Shown one piece after another: positions 40,901-49,990 of a stretch of DNA of 64,000 nt; position 1 is the first letter of the stretch; each line of letters opens with the position of its first letter. The translations under genes and the position numbers were made by a program. The DNA is taken from contig JAFMJN010000001.1 in NCBI GenBank assembly GCA_017853435.1, positions 2,603 to 66,602 on the forward strand. The letters are read 5' to 3'. Origin of the DNA: Planctomycetota bacterium (GTDB lineage: Bacteria; Planctomycetota; GCA-002687715; CAIWVZ01). Below the pieces are notes generated by a model. The model did no database searches and was not told where the DNA came from. It saw only the letters and a list, made by a program, of their open reading frames with translations.

Positions 40901-42963
40901 AGTTTGACGGGATTCGGACCGGTGCGGTCGAGCAAGGTGCCGACCTGCGGACGGCGATTGCCACCGCCGTTGGCGGTGACACCGCCGACCGTGCCCGGGA
41001 GTCGGGTCGCTCCGGCCGCCGCGCCCCCACGCCCGCCGCCGCCGCGCGCACCGGGATTCGATTTCGGAAGTTGATAGGCGCCCTTTTCGAGCATCCACCC
41101 GTCGGGATCGATCTTCTCGACATCGATGTTGTCGGGAACTTGGAACGCCTGGCCGTCGAAATGTTCGATGAATCCGCCGAGGGGTTCGAGCCGCGCGGGC
41201 GAAAGCCGGACGTCGCCCTGTTCCCGATCAGGGAAAACGCTGCGCTTCTCCGCGTTGCCCGAATAGAGCAGCAAACGCGGCACGCGACTCGGAGGAATCT
41301 GGTTTTGAGATTCGAACCTCTCGAGCGGCTTCGGCCACGTCGAGAACCAACGAGCCGTACGGGCCGCGAGGATCGGTTCTTCGAAATCCCACTGCGTATC
41401 GAAGAAGGTGCTGCGACGTCCGGGCGACGCGACGCGCACCTGCTCGGTGACGACGCGACGCGCACGCTCGCGGCCGGAGCGGTCGTTCGCCACCGCACTC
41501 GCCGTGATCGTGTAATGGTCGTAGGACCGGAACGCGAACGGCACCGTGTTCATGAATCCGAACAACTTGTCGCCCGGATCGATCGCGTTGCGGAACACCG
41601 CGAGCATCTGCAATTGATCGTAGATGAGGGGCGCGTTCGTCAGCAGGTTCTGCAGCGTATCGCGCAGTTGTTCGAGATTGCGAACCGGACGCGCCGCGAG
41701 CAACGCGTCCACCACCGCTTCCGCGCCGAGGCGCGTCACGCGACCGGTGGTTCCGTTCGCGCTGCGGCGTCCCCGCGTGAACTGCAAGCCCTCCACGACA
41801 CGAAGAAGGGTATCCTTCGTGGCGGTGTTCACATTCACGGGATGGCGAAGCAACGGCGCCACGAACGTCTGTTCGGAGGCGTAGGCGTTCGCGAGCGGAT
41901 CGCAGAGCGCGAGCACGGAAACGGCACCGCGCGGCTGCGAGTCGAACACCATGTTGTATTCGGTCGTCGCTCCGTTGGTGATTCGTATCACCGTGCCGGG
42001 CGAGATGCCGTCGTTCCCGCGGACCACGATCTTGTAACCGTCGGTCACGTCGGCGTTGGTCGGGTCGGTGTCCTGCGCGAGCGTCGTCGGCGCTCCGAAT
42101 CCGTCCGACGTGGGACGGCCCCCGACGAGCGAAAAGTCGCGTGCGAGTCGATCGACCTCGTTCGCGGTCAATCGGACGTCGGAGTAGAGAGCGACTTCCT
42201 TCATAGAACCCGGCCACGACGATTCGCGGCGCGTCGCGCCGGATTTGCGGGGCGATTTCCAAGGGAGCATCGCGAGTTCCCGCGCGCGGTCGTCGATCAC
42301 GAAGGCGTCGGTCTGATGTTTCCGAGCCTTGCCGCCGCCTGGCAACCCGCGCTGGCATCCGAGGAACTGGTTGCCGGTGGCCTTCGCGTACGCAATGCGC
42401 TCGCCTTCGAGGAAGAGGTATCCGTTCGTCGAAGGGAATCCGGTCGTTTCCTCGACGGTGATGACGCCGTCCGTGTCGGTGATCTCCGTCGTGAGGACGG
42501 TCCTGCCGAGCGACGCCGCGATGAGGAAGGGCGGAGACGTCCATAGATTCGGGGTCGCCTGGGAATCGCGGACCGAGACGTCCCACACGTCGCCGCGCGG
42601 ATCGTTGCGATAGAGGAGCGGAACTCCGTCCGCATCGACCAACGGCTTGCCCTTCGAATCGACGAGGTCGAACGGAATCTTGAACTCTTCCTCCGTGTCC
42701 CAAAGCGGGGTCGACATCGGATCGGTGTCGGGATTGCCGCCGCGCTCGAACTCGCGCTCGGAGGTCGTCCGTTCGAGCGACACCTTCGCATGGTCGAGCA
42801 CGGCGCGCGCCCCGACCTTGACCCGTGCCTCGGAAACGAGGTTCTCGCTCGCGCCGTTGTCGTTCAGGGCGATCGCGAGGAATGGTGCCGCAAGCACCAT
42901 CAGCCCGAGAAGGCACGAGAGGACGAGGACCAAGGCGACGCCGCGTTGCGGTCGACCGTTCAT
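37909..42963 (-). CDS. Giant GspK-like pseudopilin-family protein (1684 aa).
   Basis: ATG at 42963. N-terminus QRGVALVLVLSCLLGLMVLAAPFLAIAL matches the GspK-type (non-methylated) prepilin-like leader. The remaining ~1650 aa is Gly/Thr/Asn/Asp-rich beta-type sequence with polyglycine patches (GARGGGGRGGAAAG) and no recognisable domain. Confidence 0.55.
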   Translation of the reverse strand: MNGRPQRGVALVLVLSCLLGLMVLAAPFLAIALNDNGASENLVSEARVKVGARAVLDHAKVSLERTTSEREFERGGNPDTDPMSTPLWDTEEEFKIPFDLVDSKGKPLVDADGVPLLYRNDPRGDVWDVSVRDSQATPNLWTSPPFLIAASLGRTVLTTEITDTDGVITVEETTGFPSTNGYLFLEGERIAYAKATGNQFLGCQRGLPGGGKARKHQTDAFVIDDRARELAMLPWKSPRKSGATRRESSWPGSMKEVALYSDVRLTANEVDRLARDFSLVGGRPTSDGFGAPTTLAQDTDPTNADVTDGYKIVVRGNDGISPGTVIRITNGATTEYNMVFDSQPRGAVSVLALCDPLANAYASEQTFVAPLLRHPVNVNTATKDTLLRVVEGLQFTRGRRSANGTTGRVTRLGAEAVVDALLAARPVRNLEQLRDTLQNLLTNAPLIYDQLQMLAVFRNAIDPGDKLFGFMNTVPFAFRSYDHYTITASAVANDRSGRERARRVVTEQVRVASPGRRSTFFDTQWDFEEPILAARTARWFSTWPKPLERFESQNQIPPSRVPRLLLYSGNAEKRSVFPDREQGDVRLSPARLEPLGGFIEHFDGQAFQVPDNIDVEKIDPDGWMLEKGAYQLPKSNPGARGGGGRGGAAAGATRLPGTVGGVTANGGGNRRPQVGTLLDRTGPNPVKLDGWFRFDGAPSQATFFHLQASDDPNQFITLSRDADGRVKARVADRTLPNPAATIEEVAETTWTPEGGVWKSDTWYHAGLSYKGSKPSDVAIWWDGMKRGKAKYSTRLAGSMARADTTFTTEDADGWPDRGAAWVGREIVEFERTGTSFSVITYPNGGGNGRGRRGTSPIDHAAGERVELFGYSLPLLPQQDRGGVAIAKGGGKLASDLGPFNLASFASNAVETLTVGGGPGAPAGGPPPITMEILDPAKPNGDRLDLVLATGSVPDFSCFQPTGGYVLIVSSITGQTLPGGVNLGGLAPTVIELATYQSRAGTTLLGLSSPTDNPITGQVGGNLVISQTRQKHWVKRAGQGSAANVPTLCRVIPLSIGVTNVSSYFEPRQGQNGINPEFVSVGVPNFSDIQQHKVEWIRYTYRDTGRNLLVNADGPRLDNAVQRLLESITNPTPAAPLLVNQALRSRSQGGTTIFGYDNLLAAGAAIHGSNEEVAPVFRVPMFPGIGTIPVTNPQPGQPTSVPVPSMPGPGWGDSVTVESSGGGIRRRFDVAWSANIPEAVNGNPSIGLAAFATGGQEFTVRQVPVEDPSRETYTRLLKFPSGELPRIRGNGALAAAGGQGTSGALSPLSGRLDEVRIAPTTDERFIVWDHATMGLNASSTSNTSGGASVTQVQGIDESTDEIPLCRTVWVLREGFAQQPPLYATLPDGTKVLADEPLQSVLPENDAGLVQVGDEIIAYRQIGTGKGGGPALLRCIRGFMNTTPQKHGWGTSAVFLDFVPVSMLQGPLAADATDLNLASTGDFVANGGLVLVDEELIHYSAARNQNTLTMPPRLDEKGERAGGLFRGRFGTVTRAHDAEAIVLEMPFRHWDRGSRDNDSPELAWYGFSLPLDGAWFDGFRWEEQSPSRSVRLTATVRLRRDAPWAGPGAVAPYVMRFDDPAADGKQPHAIRAHGDGFDVRFGVSFESGCFDPVNLARHEWKMSPILEKVEVLWMDETRTLTREERR

Positions 42964-43979
42964 CGGATCACCCCCGCGAGATCGACCGCGACTTCCTCGA
43001 TCCGTTCTTCCTGAACGAGACGCAACCGAACGGGTTCGCCGTGCAGACGACGGTCGAGCCGTCCCTCCTCGTCGAATCGGATCGTCAAGGGGGTTTTGAT
43101 GTCGAAGGCCACGCCGCGCTCGAGGGAGAAGGGTTCGCCGATGCCCACGGTGACGTAACGCACGCCGTCGACGAGTCCCGCGACTCCGCCGCCGATCATG
43201 AACGTGTAGTCGGGAGCCGACGACGCCTCGCCGGCGACGAGCGTTTCCGCTTCCACGACGCCGTGCGCCGTCACGACGAGAGCGACGCCGTCGTAGGCCA
43301 CGCCGACGCGGTTCCACGCGTCGGACTCGACCACTCCCGCCGCGGTTTTCGCGCGACGGACGACGGGTTCGTCGCCGGGGCGATCCGCGAGACGCACCAT
43401 GATCTCGGCCGTCAACGAGAGGTCCTGCTCGAGGAGGAGAGCGAACGCATACGCGTCCGCACCGCTGCCGAGGCGAACGATCTGTCCGGGGCCGGAAGGC
43501 ATGAGATCCGCTTCGAAGATGAATCCCGCCGACGGGTCGAACGTAGGTGCCGACGAAAGCGCGGGACCGAGAATACGCCCGCCTCCGGCCAACTTGGCGG
43601 CCTTGCGGACGGTGCCGCCGTCGACGAGCACCGCGCCCGCGAGCAGCGCCTCGCGAGCATCCCCCATCGGCGTCCGACCGTTGTCCGCCGCGTCGAAGTT
43701 CAAAGTGGCGGCGCGACGCGAGAGCCGCACCTGCAGCGAACCGGGCGCGCCCGTCGCCGGATCACCGGGCATGCAAACGACCGACGAGAGCGCGCGGTCG
43801 GCACGGGCGAGTTGCTTTGCGCGCGTCAAGGCCGCGTGGGTGACGCGGACCGAACCGCCGAGCGCCGCCCCCTGCCCCGCGCGCGAAAGCGCATTCGCGG
43901 AGAAACCCAGAAGCACGGCGAGAATCGTCGTGACGACGAGAACTTCCGCGATGGTGAATCCCGATTGGCGTCGACGCAT
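42960..43979 (-). CDS. Prepilin-type N-terminal domain protein (GspH/I-like minor pseudopilin).
   Basis: SGFTIAEVLVVTTILAVLLG N-terminus. The stop overlaps the start of the giant gene (ATGA). Confidence 0.6.
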   Translation of the reverse strand: MRRRQSGFTIAEVLVVTTILAVLLGFSANALSRAGQGAALGGSVRVTHAALTRAKQLARADRALSSVVCMPGDPATGAPGSLQVRLSRRAATLNFDAADNGRTPMGDAREALLAGAVLVDGGTVRKAAKLAGGGRILGPALSSAPTFDPSAGFIFEADLMPSGPGQIVRLGSGADAYAFALLLEQDLSLTAEIMVRLADRPGDEPVVRRAKTAAGVVESDAWNRVGVAYDGVALVVTAHGVVEAETLVAGEASSAPDYTFMIGGGVAGLVDGVRYVTVGIGEPFSLERGVAFDIKTPLTIRFDEEGRLDRRLHGEPVRLRLVQEERIEEVAVDLAGVIR

Positions 43980-43989
43980 ACGTGCGCTT

Positions 43990-44616
43990 CTAGTTCCTGT
44001 CGAAGTTGGTGACGTCGTCTTCGGTGTTGAAGACGCGATCGGGGCCGGCCGAAACGAGTTGGAAAGAGTCCCGACGGAACGCCGTCTTGGTCTTTTGGCT
44101 CTGCCACGGAACGAACTTCAACGTGCCTTCCACGGCGGACACGTTGCGCACGTCGGGATTCGCGTAGTCCGTCGCGTTCACGTAGGCCAACGTCGTGCCC
44201 CACTTGTCGACGAGCGTATACAACTTGCGATCACCGAACCGCGTCAACTGGACCTGGGTCATCCCGGAACCGTCCTCCGACAACGTGACGATCTTCCCGT
44301 CCTCGAAGTCGAAGGCTCCCGAATACGCTTTGGAGTTGAGGCACATGACCAACGCCGAAACGCCGCAATTCTCGAGGCTGTTGACGGCACCGACGCCGGG
44401 AAAATCGCGCAGCGTCGTGGGCGGATAGGTCCCCTCCGAGGATCGGTACGCCTCGAGCGCCGCCGTGAGGTTCATGAGATACGCCTCGGTCGCCTTCCGA
44501 TCCATGTTCCGGAGGATCGGCGGGATCGAGATCATTCCGATGCCCGCGAGCGACGCGATGATGACCATCACGACGAGAAGTTCGACGAGGGTGAAACCCT
44601 TGTTGCCGGAAGTCAT
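43990..44616 (-). CDS. gspG: GspG-like major pseudopilin (type II secretion / type IV pilin-like).
   Basis: MTSGNKGFTLVELLVVMVIIASLAGI followed by a globular domain (208 aa). Confidence 0.7.
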   Translation of the reverse strand: MTSGNKGFTLVELLVVMVIIASLAGIGMISIPPILRNMDRKATEAYLMNLTAALEAYRSSEGTYPPTTLRDFPGVGAVNSLENCGVSALVMCLNSKAYSGAFDFEDGKIVTLSEDGSGMTQVQLTRFGDRKLYTLVDKWGTTLAYVNATDYANPDVRNVSAVEGTLKFVPWQSQKTKTAFRRDSFQLVSAGPDRVFNTEDDVTNFDRN

Positions 44617-44617
44617 C

Positions 44618-47464
44618 CTACTTCTCCTTCGTGGTCACGACGGTCGCGTTGTCCGCGGACCACGAGACCTTTTGATCGAGCGCGGCCTGCGAAAACACCC
44701 AAAGTTCGAAGGTGCGCTTCCAGTTGCGGATGTCCTGCAACACCGCCGAGGCGACGACCTCCTTGTTCGCGAGGATGTCGACGCGACCTTCGCGCGGATC
44801 GGCCCAACGGATTTCGAGACTGACGACGCCGCCCGCGAAGGTCGACGTGGTCGGTTCCCAATCCGTCATTTTCCCCTTCTCGAGGCGGCGCCAAACGAGC
44901 CGACCTTCCGGCGAGAAAGCGACCTGCACGCCCCCCCAAGGGAGGTAGCCCGCCGGACGATCCTCCGGGAATCCCGGCCACTTCTCTCCGCCCGCACGAC
45001 CTTGATTCATCGCGATGAGCGCGATGCCGGCGTGGACGCCCTGTTGTTTCGCCACGTCGAGATCGACTCCGAAGGAGACGAAGCGGTCGCCTTGGCGTTC
45101 CTGCCAAACGATCGTCGGCTTGTCCGACAACGTGCGCTGTTGCCCTTCGAAGACGAGTTTCTGGTCGACGAGGGCCGGAGCGACGCCCGCACCGATTTCC
45201 TTCTTCCACTCGCGGCCGATCTGCGTCCCCGACCGGGAGAAACCGTCGGACCAAAGGAGCTTCGACCGCTGCGCCGTGATGGCGGCGTTGGCGGACGTCG
45301 CCCATGCGGCGAGCGCTCCGCCCTTCGACGCGGTATCGGCGACGCGCTGCATGATCTGCAGAGCCTCGCCTTCGTTCGACTTCTGGTACTGGTGGAACGC
45401 CGTGGCCGCGAGCCACGCGGGATCCTTCAGATCCGCGGCGGACGCCTTCGCGACCAGCGCGTCGGCGTCGGCCATACGACGTCGGCGCACCGCGGTCAGC
45501 AGACGGCGAGGCCCGACGCCGGGGTACCCCGGTTCGACCACGGCGAGCCGATCGTAAAAGCGCGAGGCACGCGCGAGATCGCCCTCGGCGTACGCGGCAT
45601 CACCGAGAGCCGCGAGAAGATCCGGATCGTCGGGCGATGCATCGAGCGCCCCGAGAAGCACCTCGCGAGCCTTCACGGGGTCGCCGCTCATGAGCAACGC
45701 GCGACCCCAAGCGGGTCGCAGGGCGGGGTCCGACGGTCCCGTCTCCGTCGCGGCGGTCGACGCGACGCCGAGCGCGGCATCGTCCTTGCCCGATTGTTCC
45801 TCGACGGCGGCCGACGCGGCCCCGGCGCGCGCGGCGAGAAGCGGATCGAGTTCCGGCACAAGCGCCAACGCCGCTCGCGCACCGCCGACGTCGCCCGTCA
45901 GCAACTTCGCGGCTCCCGAGAGGTGCATCAACGTGCCGCTCGCCGGGAACAACGCCAACGCGGCGGCCGACGCGGTCTTCGCTTCCTCGATCTTGCCGAC
46001 GGCGATCAACGCCGTCACCGACAGCGCCAACGCCCGTTCGTGCGCGCGCTGTCGATCGGCGTCGCCTCCCGCTCCTGCGGTCGTCGCGCGACGCCAACGA
46101 TCCATCACCACGTCGAGTTGGCCTTCGGCGTTCTTCGGATCGCCGACCGCGAGATACGCTTCGGCGAGCAACATGCGAATGCGTTCGGCCCGATCGCCGT
46201 CGGACGACGCGAGCGCGTCACGAAGCGGAGAGATCGCATCGCGAGCCTTGCCGGTACGCAGGAGAGCCTCTCCGAGCGTCGCGGCGGCGACCGCATCGGC
46301 ACCCTTCGCCATCGCTTCGCGCGCCGTCGCCGCGGCTTCGTCGCGGAGACCGAGACGCATCTCGAGGCGCGCCTTGCGAGCGAGCAGCGACGTCGCGCCG
46401 GGGTGCGCCAGGAGTCCGTCGCGCAGGACGCTCATTTCCGCGTCGTAGTCGAACAGCGCTTCACGGCAATCGGAGAGCATGACGAACACGTCGATCGCGC
46501 GTTCACCTTTCTTGCGGAGTCCTTCGAGGAATTCGACGCACAGGGCGTATTCCTTGGCTTCGAAAATCCCGCGAACCGCATCGAGAGCTCCGACGGCGTC
46601 GTCCGACTTCAACGTGCGGCGACGGGTCTCGAAACGGTTGACGGGGTTCTCCGCGAGGACGATTTCCGCGACGACGTCCGCCGTGTAGACCGTGCGTGCG
46701 AGTAGTCTGCCCTTCTTGTCTTCACGGAAGGCGACTTTCAACGCCTTCATCTTCTCGGTGCGTGCGATCTCGGAAAGATCCGTGTTGCCGCGCAGCGCGT
46801 TGTATTCCGCGAGGAGATCCCAACGGTTCTTGTTCCGATCCGCGGCCATGAATTCACCGAGGGCCGACTGTCCGTTCGTGAACGTGATCCGATCGAGCCG
46901 CTTGCGGCGATCCGCTTCCGATTCTTCGGCCCGGCGTTGTTCCTCTTCGCGACGGATGCGGTCCGCCGCCGACATTCGCAAGCGGTCGGCCAGTCCGAGA
47001 GCACCGTCGACGGAGGTCGGGACGACGCCTTCCGCCGTCGGAACCGGAGGCGCATCGGTGCTCGCCGAAGGCACCACGGTCGCTGCAGGCGCGGCGCCGG
47101 TGGCCGTCGGATTGAATGATCGGCGAAGTGCGCGGCCGAGCGTTCCGCCGAGATCGAACGGAAGCACCGGTGCGGGCACCGGCAGTCGCGGCATCACCGG
47201 GGCGGCGAGTTCGAGAGGCGGCAATTCGCGCGTCTCGACGGGAGCCTCGTAGGGATTCCGCCCTTCGGAGGACCACGTCGAAACGTCGGGCTTGATGAAT
47301 CGCCCCGGAGACGGTTTCGCGGCGACTTCATCGGGCGGGGCGCTTCCGCCACCGCCACGGCGCCCCGTCGAGGGCGCTCCCGACGAACCGCCGAGCGCCA
47401 CCAGTCCCCCAAGAAGCGCCAGCGTCAGCACGAACGTGATCGGTTCCTTCTTCATGGACATCAT
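44618..47464 (-). CDS. Secreted TPR-repeat protein (948 aa) with a C-terminal beta-rich domain.
   Basis: Signal peptide (MKKEPITFVLTLALLGGLVALG). Central TPR-like Ala/Leu/Asp-rich repeats. The last ~200 aa are beta-type (WQERQGDRFVSFGVDLD...VSLEIRWADPREGRVDI). 1-nt gap to gspG. Confidence 0.5.
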   Translation of the reverse strand: MMSMKKEPITFVLTLALLGGLVALGGSSGAPSTGRRGGGGSAPPDEVAAKPSPGRFIKPDVSTWSSEGRNPYEAPVETRELPPLELAAPVMPRLPVPAPVLPFDLGGTLGRALRRSFNPTATGAAPAATVVPSASTDAPPVPTAEGVVPTSVDGALGLADRLRMSAADRIRREEEQRRAEESEADRRKRLDRITFTNGQSALGEFMAADRNKNRWDLLAEYNALRGNTDLSEIARTEKMKALKVAFREDKKGRLLARTVYTADVVAEIVLAENPVNRFETRRRTLKSDDAVGALDAVRGIFEAKEYALCVEFLEGLRKKGERAIDVFVMLSDCREALFDYDAEMSVLRDGLLAHPGATSLLARKARLEMRLGLRDEAAATAREAMAKGADAVAAATLGEALLRTGKARDAISPLRDALASSDGDRAERIRMLLAEAYLAVGDPKNAEGQLDVVMDRWRRATTAGAGGDADRQRAHERALALSVTALIAVGKIEEAKTASAAALALFPASGTLMHLSGAAKLLTGDVGGARAALALVPELDPLLAARAGAASAAVEEQSGKDDAALGVASTAATETGPSDPALRPAWGRALLMSGDPVKAREVLLGALDASPDDPDLLAALGDAAYAEGDLARASRFYDRLAVVEPGYPGVGPRRLLTAVRRRRMADADALVAKASAADLKDPAWLAATAFHQYQKSNEGEALQIMQRVADTASKGGALAAWATSANAAITAQRSKLLWSDGFSRSGTQIGREWKKEIGAGVAPALVDQKLVFEGQQRTLSDKPTIVWQERQGDRFVSFGVDLDVAKQQGVHAGIALIAMNQGRAGGEKWPGFPEDRPAGYLPWGGVQVAFSPEGRLVWRRLEKGKMTDWEPTTSTFAGGVVSLEIRWADPREGRVDILANKEVVASAVLQDIRNWKRTFELWVFSQAALDQKVSWSADNATVVTTKEK

Positions 47465-47470
47465 CGGGGC

Positions 47471-48316
47471 TCAGCGCAGCGCGCCTTCGGGGTTGACGTC
47501 GAGGGCGCGGAGATCGAAGCGGGCTTCCACGCGACGCCGGTCGTTCGGATCGGCACCCTTCCGTTCCTTCACGGATCCGTCGGGCGGGAAATCCAAACTG
47601 GTGACCACGGCTTTTTCGACCGCGAGCCAACGGCCGGCGAGCGCTTCGCTGCCGGTGTTGTCCTGCGCGAGCGCGCGCACCACGATCGACACGGCGCGCG
47701 GGTGGCCGACGACGGACAGCGACACCTTCGTCCCGGCGACGAACGGGGTCTTCGCGCCCGGGCTCTTCTTTTCCGGCTTGTCGATTTCGATGCGTTCGAC
47801 GCGAGCGATCCCGCCCTCCACTTCGCGTTCCGCCGCGAGAGCGATCACGAGGACCTGTTCGACGACGTCGAGTCCGCGCATCCAATGTTCTTGATCGGAT
47901 CGCTGGGACGGGAAGGCGTCGGGCAGGCCGAGTCGTTGGTCGACGTCGATATTGCGGACGGCACAGGCTTCGAGCGTCCCGTTTCGGAAGCGTTCGAGTT
48001 GCGCGTTGTAGTAAAGATCGGAATCGGCGACGTCGGATGCGATGCGCCATTCCTTCGCCGGAACGCGGGCGACGTTCGTACGCAGACCGTCGTAGCCCGC
48101 TTCAAGCGTGCCGCGGTTCTCGACCGCCTTGCGGAGGTCGAATCCGGCGGGCAGCGCCTGCTTCTGGTCCGCCTTCGCACGACCGATCTTCGCGCGCGCG
48201 GCTTGAATACGGCCGTCGAACGCTCCGTCGATCAAGAGGACGCCGACGAGCAACAAGAGCCCCCCCGCGACGACCGACATGATGAACTTGCGGTGTTCCT
48301 GCCAAATGTCGCCCAT
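47471..48316 (-). CDS. Bitopic inner-membrane protein, GspM/PilO-like assembly component (tentative).
   Basis: Single N-terminal TM (IMSVVAGGLLLLVGVLLI) followed by a helical then alpha/beta periplasmic domain. Sits immediately downstream of the GspL-like gene. Confidence 0.4.
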   Translation of the reverse strand: MGDIWQEHRKFIMSVVAGGLLLLVGVLLIDGAFDGRIQAARAKIGRAKADQKQALPAGFDLRKAVENRGTLEAGYDGLRTNVARVPAKEWRIASDVADSDLYYNAQLERFRNGTLEACAVRNIDVDQRLGLPDAFPSQRSDQEHWMRGLDVVEQVLVIALAAEREVEGGIARVERIEIDKPEKKSPGAKTPFVAGTKVSLSVVGHPRAVSIVVRALAQDNTGSEALAGRWLAVEKAVVTSLDFPPDGSVKERKGADPNDRRRVEARFDLRALDVNPEGALR

Positions 48317-48319
48317 GGC

Positions 48320-49990
48320 TCACGTCCCTCCGGTCAAGTCGACGCGCACCGTGTAGGAAAGCACGCCGCCGCCTCGAGCCGCGCCGCCTTTTTGGTCGGC
48401 GATCGACACGTCCGAGCCCGGAAGCGCTTTTTGAAGGCCGAGGACGAAATCCTGCAGAGCCTTCTCGGGCTGCCCCGCCTGCGACGTCGCCTGCCCCGCG
48501 ACGTAGGCGACGGTGCGCAGCACACGCGGCGACTTCGGGTCCTTCGGGTCGGTGGGGCGCGCCTCGCGCTGAACCGTGACCGAGCCGACCCATGCGCCTT
48601 CCGGCAGCGCCTCTTGAACGACCTTTTGAATCCGTGCGAGTCCTTCGCCGGGTTCCGTCCATCCGGCGAGGGCGGCCATCCTTTGGTTGATGTCGCGGAT
48701 ACGTTCCTGTTCGGTATCCCACGTCTTGCGGTCGCGCTTCGCCTTATCGGCCGCGCGGACTTCCGCCGCGGCGTCCTTTTCGAGTCGTCCGGCTTCGGCC
48801 ATGCCGTCCCAAAGGCGGAACCCCAGGAATCCTGCGGCGGCGACGCCCGAGAGGATCATCCACAAAGTTCGTTCACGGAAACTTCGTCGCGTCCGCGTCG
48901 CCGAAGTGACCACGTCGAGTTTGAACGCGGCCGGATCGCCCGACGTGATCATGAGCCCCAAAGCCACCGCGAACGCGCCCGGGTCTTCGAGGAACGTCTT
49001 CGCGTCCTCGGCGGGTAACGCGGAGGTGTCGAGCGCGTTTTCCGGTTGGAACCGAACGACGGGGCAGCGGAACGCGGCGGACAGGTAGTCGGAGAGACCT
49101 CGGAGGCGGGCACCTCCGCCCGAAAGCAGGATGCGCGAGGGTTCGAGGTCGCGAATCTTCGTCTGCGCCCGAATGAACGCGAGACTGGACTGAATCATGG
49201 CGGTTAGTTGGCCGACCGGGCCGACCAACGCGTTCGCCACTTTCTCTTCCTTGCCCGATGCGTACGCCGCGCGGCCCTTCGGGCTGACGTTGCCCGACTG
49301 GTGTTTCAGCGCCTCGGCATCCGCCGTTCCGAGTCCGAACCCGGACGCGACGGCCTCGGTCAATGCACGACCTCCGCCCGCCAAGTTGCGTGCGAACAGC
49401 AACTCGCCGTCCTTCACCAAAGCGATTTCGAGGTTGCGGTCTCCGATATCGACGAGAAGCGCGGCTTCGCCGTCACGCGGGTCACCCGTCGCGAGGAAGG
49501 CGTTCGCCAAGGCGACCGACGACGGAGTCCCGCAAGACGGGTCGCCGACCGTGGCGGCCGCGTCATGGCGGGCCGAGAGGAAGCCCTCCTTGCAGACGGC
49601 CACCATGACGTTTTCTTCTCCCGCCGACGCGTTCGGCAGTTGAAGGAGATTCCAGTCGCTCGCGAGCGCGTCTCCGACGGTCTGCGACATGTCGCGGACC
49701 TCGACGTCCATAAGGAATCGAAGGCGCCACAGCGGAACCTTCGGAACGGTCGTGTAACGGATGATCAGCGAAGGGCCGGAGATGCCGAAACGCACACCGG
49801 GCACGCGTCCCTTCGGGCCGAGCTCCGCCGCGAGTGTTCCGACCGCTGCGAGGGTCGCCGATTCCCCGTCCCCCGACGAATCGACCGAAGCCTGAAGCAC
49901 ACGCTGCAATTTCCAACGCGTCCCCGCACGCTCGGCGACGACCATTCGGACATGGTTGGATCCGAGATCGAGTCCTGCGAAAACCTTCAC
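48320..49990 (-). CDS. GspL-like protein (or PilM-PilN fusion). Cytoplasmic actin-like domain, TM segment and periplasmic domain.
   Basis: MKVFAGLDLGSNHVRMVVAE...LLVDIGDRNLEIALVKDGELLFARNL actin-like ATPase-fold motifs. TM segment TLWMILSGVAAAGFLGFRLW. Coiled-coil periplasmic tail. Confidence 0.6.
   Translation of the reverse strand: MKVFAGLDLGSNHVRMVVAERAGTRWKLQRVLQASVDSSGDGESATLAAVGTLAAELGPKGRVPGVRFGISGPSLIIRYTTVPKVPLWRLRFLMDVEVRDMSQTVGDALASDWNLLQLPNASAGEENVMVAVCKEGFLSARHDAAATVGDPSCGTPSSVALANAFLATGDPRDGEAALLVDIGDRNLEIALVKDGELLFARNLAGGGRALTEAVASGFGLGTADAEALKHQSGNVSPKGRAAYASGKEEKVANALVGPVGQLTAMIQSSLAFIRAQTKIRDLEPSRILLSGGGARLRGLSDYLSAAFRCPVVRFQPENALDTSALPAEDAKTFLEDPGAFAVALGLMITSGDPAAFKLDVVTSATRTRRSFRERTLWMILSGVAAAGFLGFRLWDGMAEAGRLEKDAAAEVRAADKAKRDRKTWDTEQERIRDINQRMAALAGWTEPGEGLARIQKVVQEALPEGAWVGSVTVQREARPTDPKDPKSPRVLRTVAYVAGQATSQAGQPEKALQDFVLGLQKALPGSDVSIADQKGGAARGGGVLSYTVRVDLTGGT

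Noticed and set aside
39466-42546. 1026-aa plus-strand ORF antisense to the giant GspK-like gene. Similar antisense ORFs at 44465-46705, 19837-22392, 34717-36273 and 14384-15799.
   Set aside because: All are R/G/D/E-rich low-complexity translations lying opposite genes with clear homology or operon coupling. High-GC antisense open frames.
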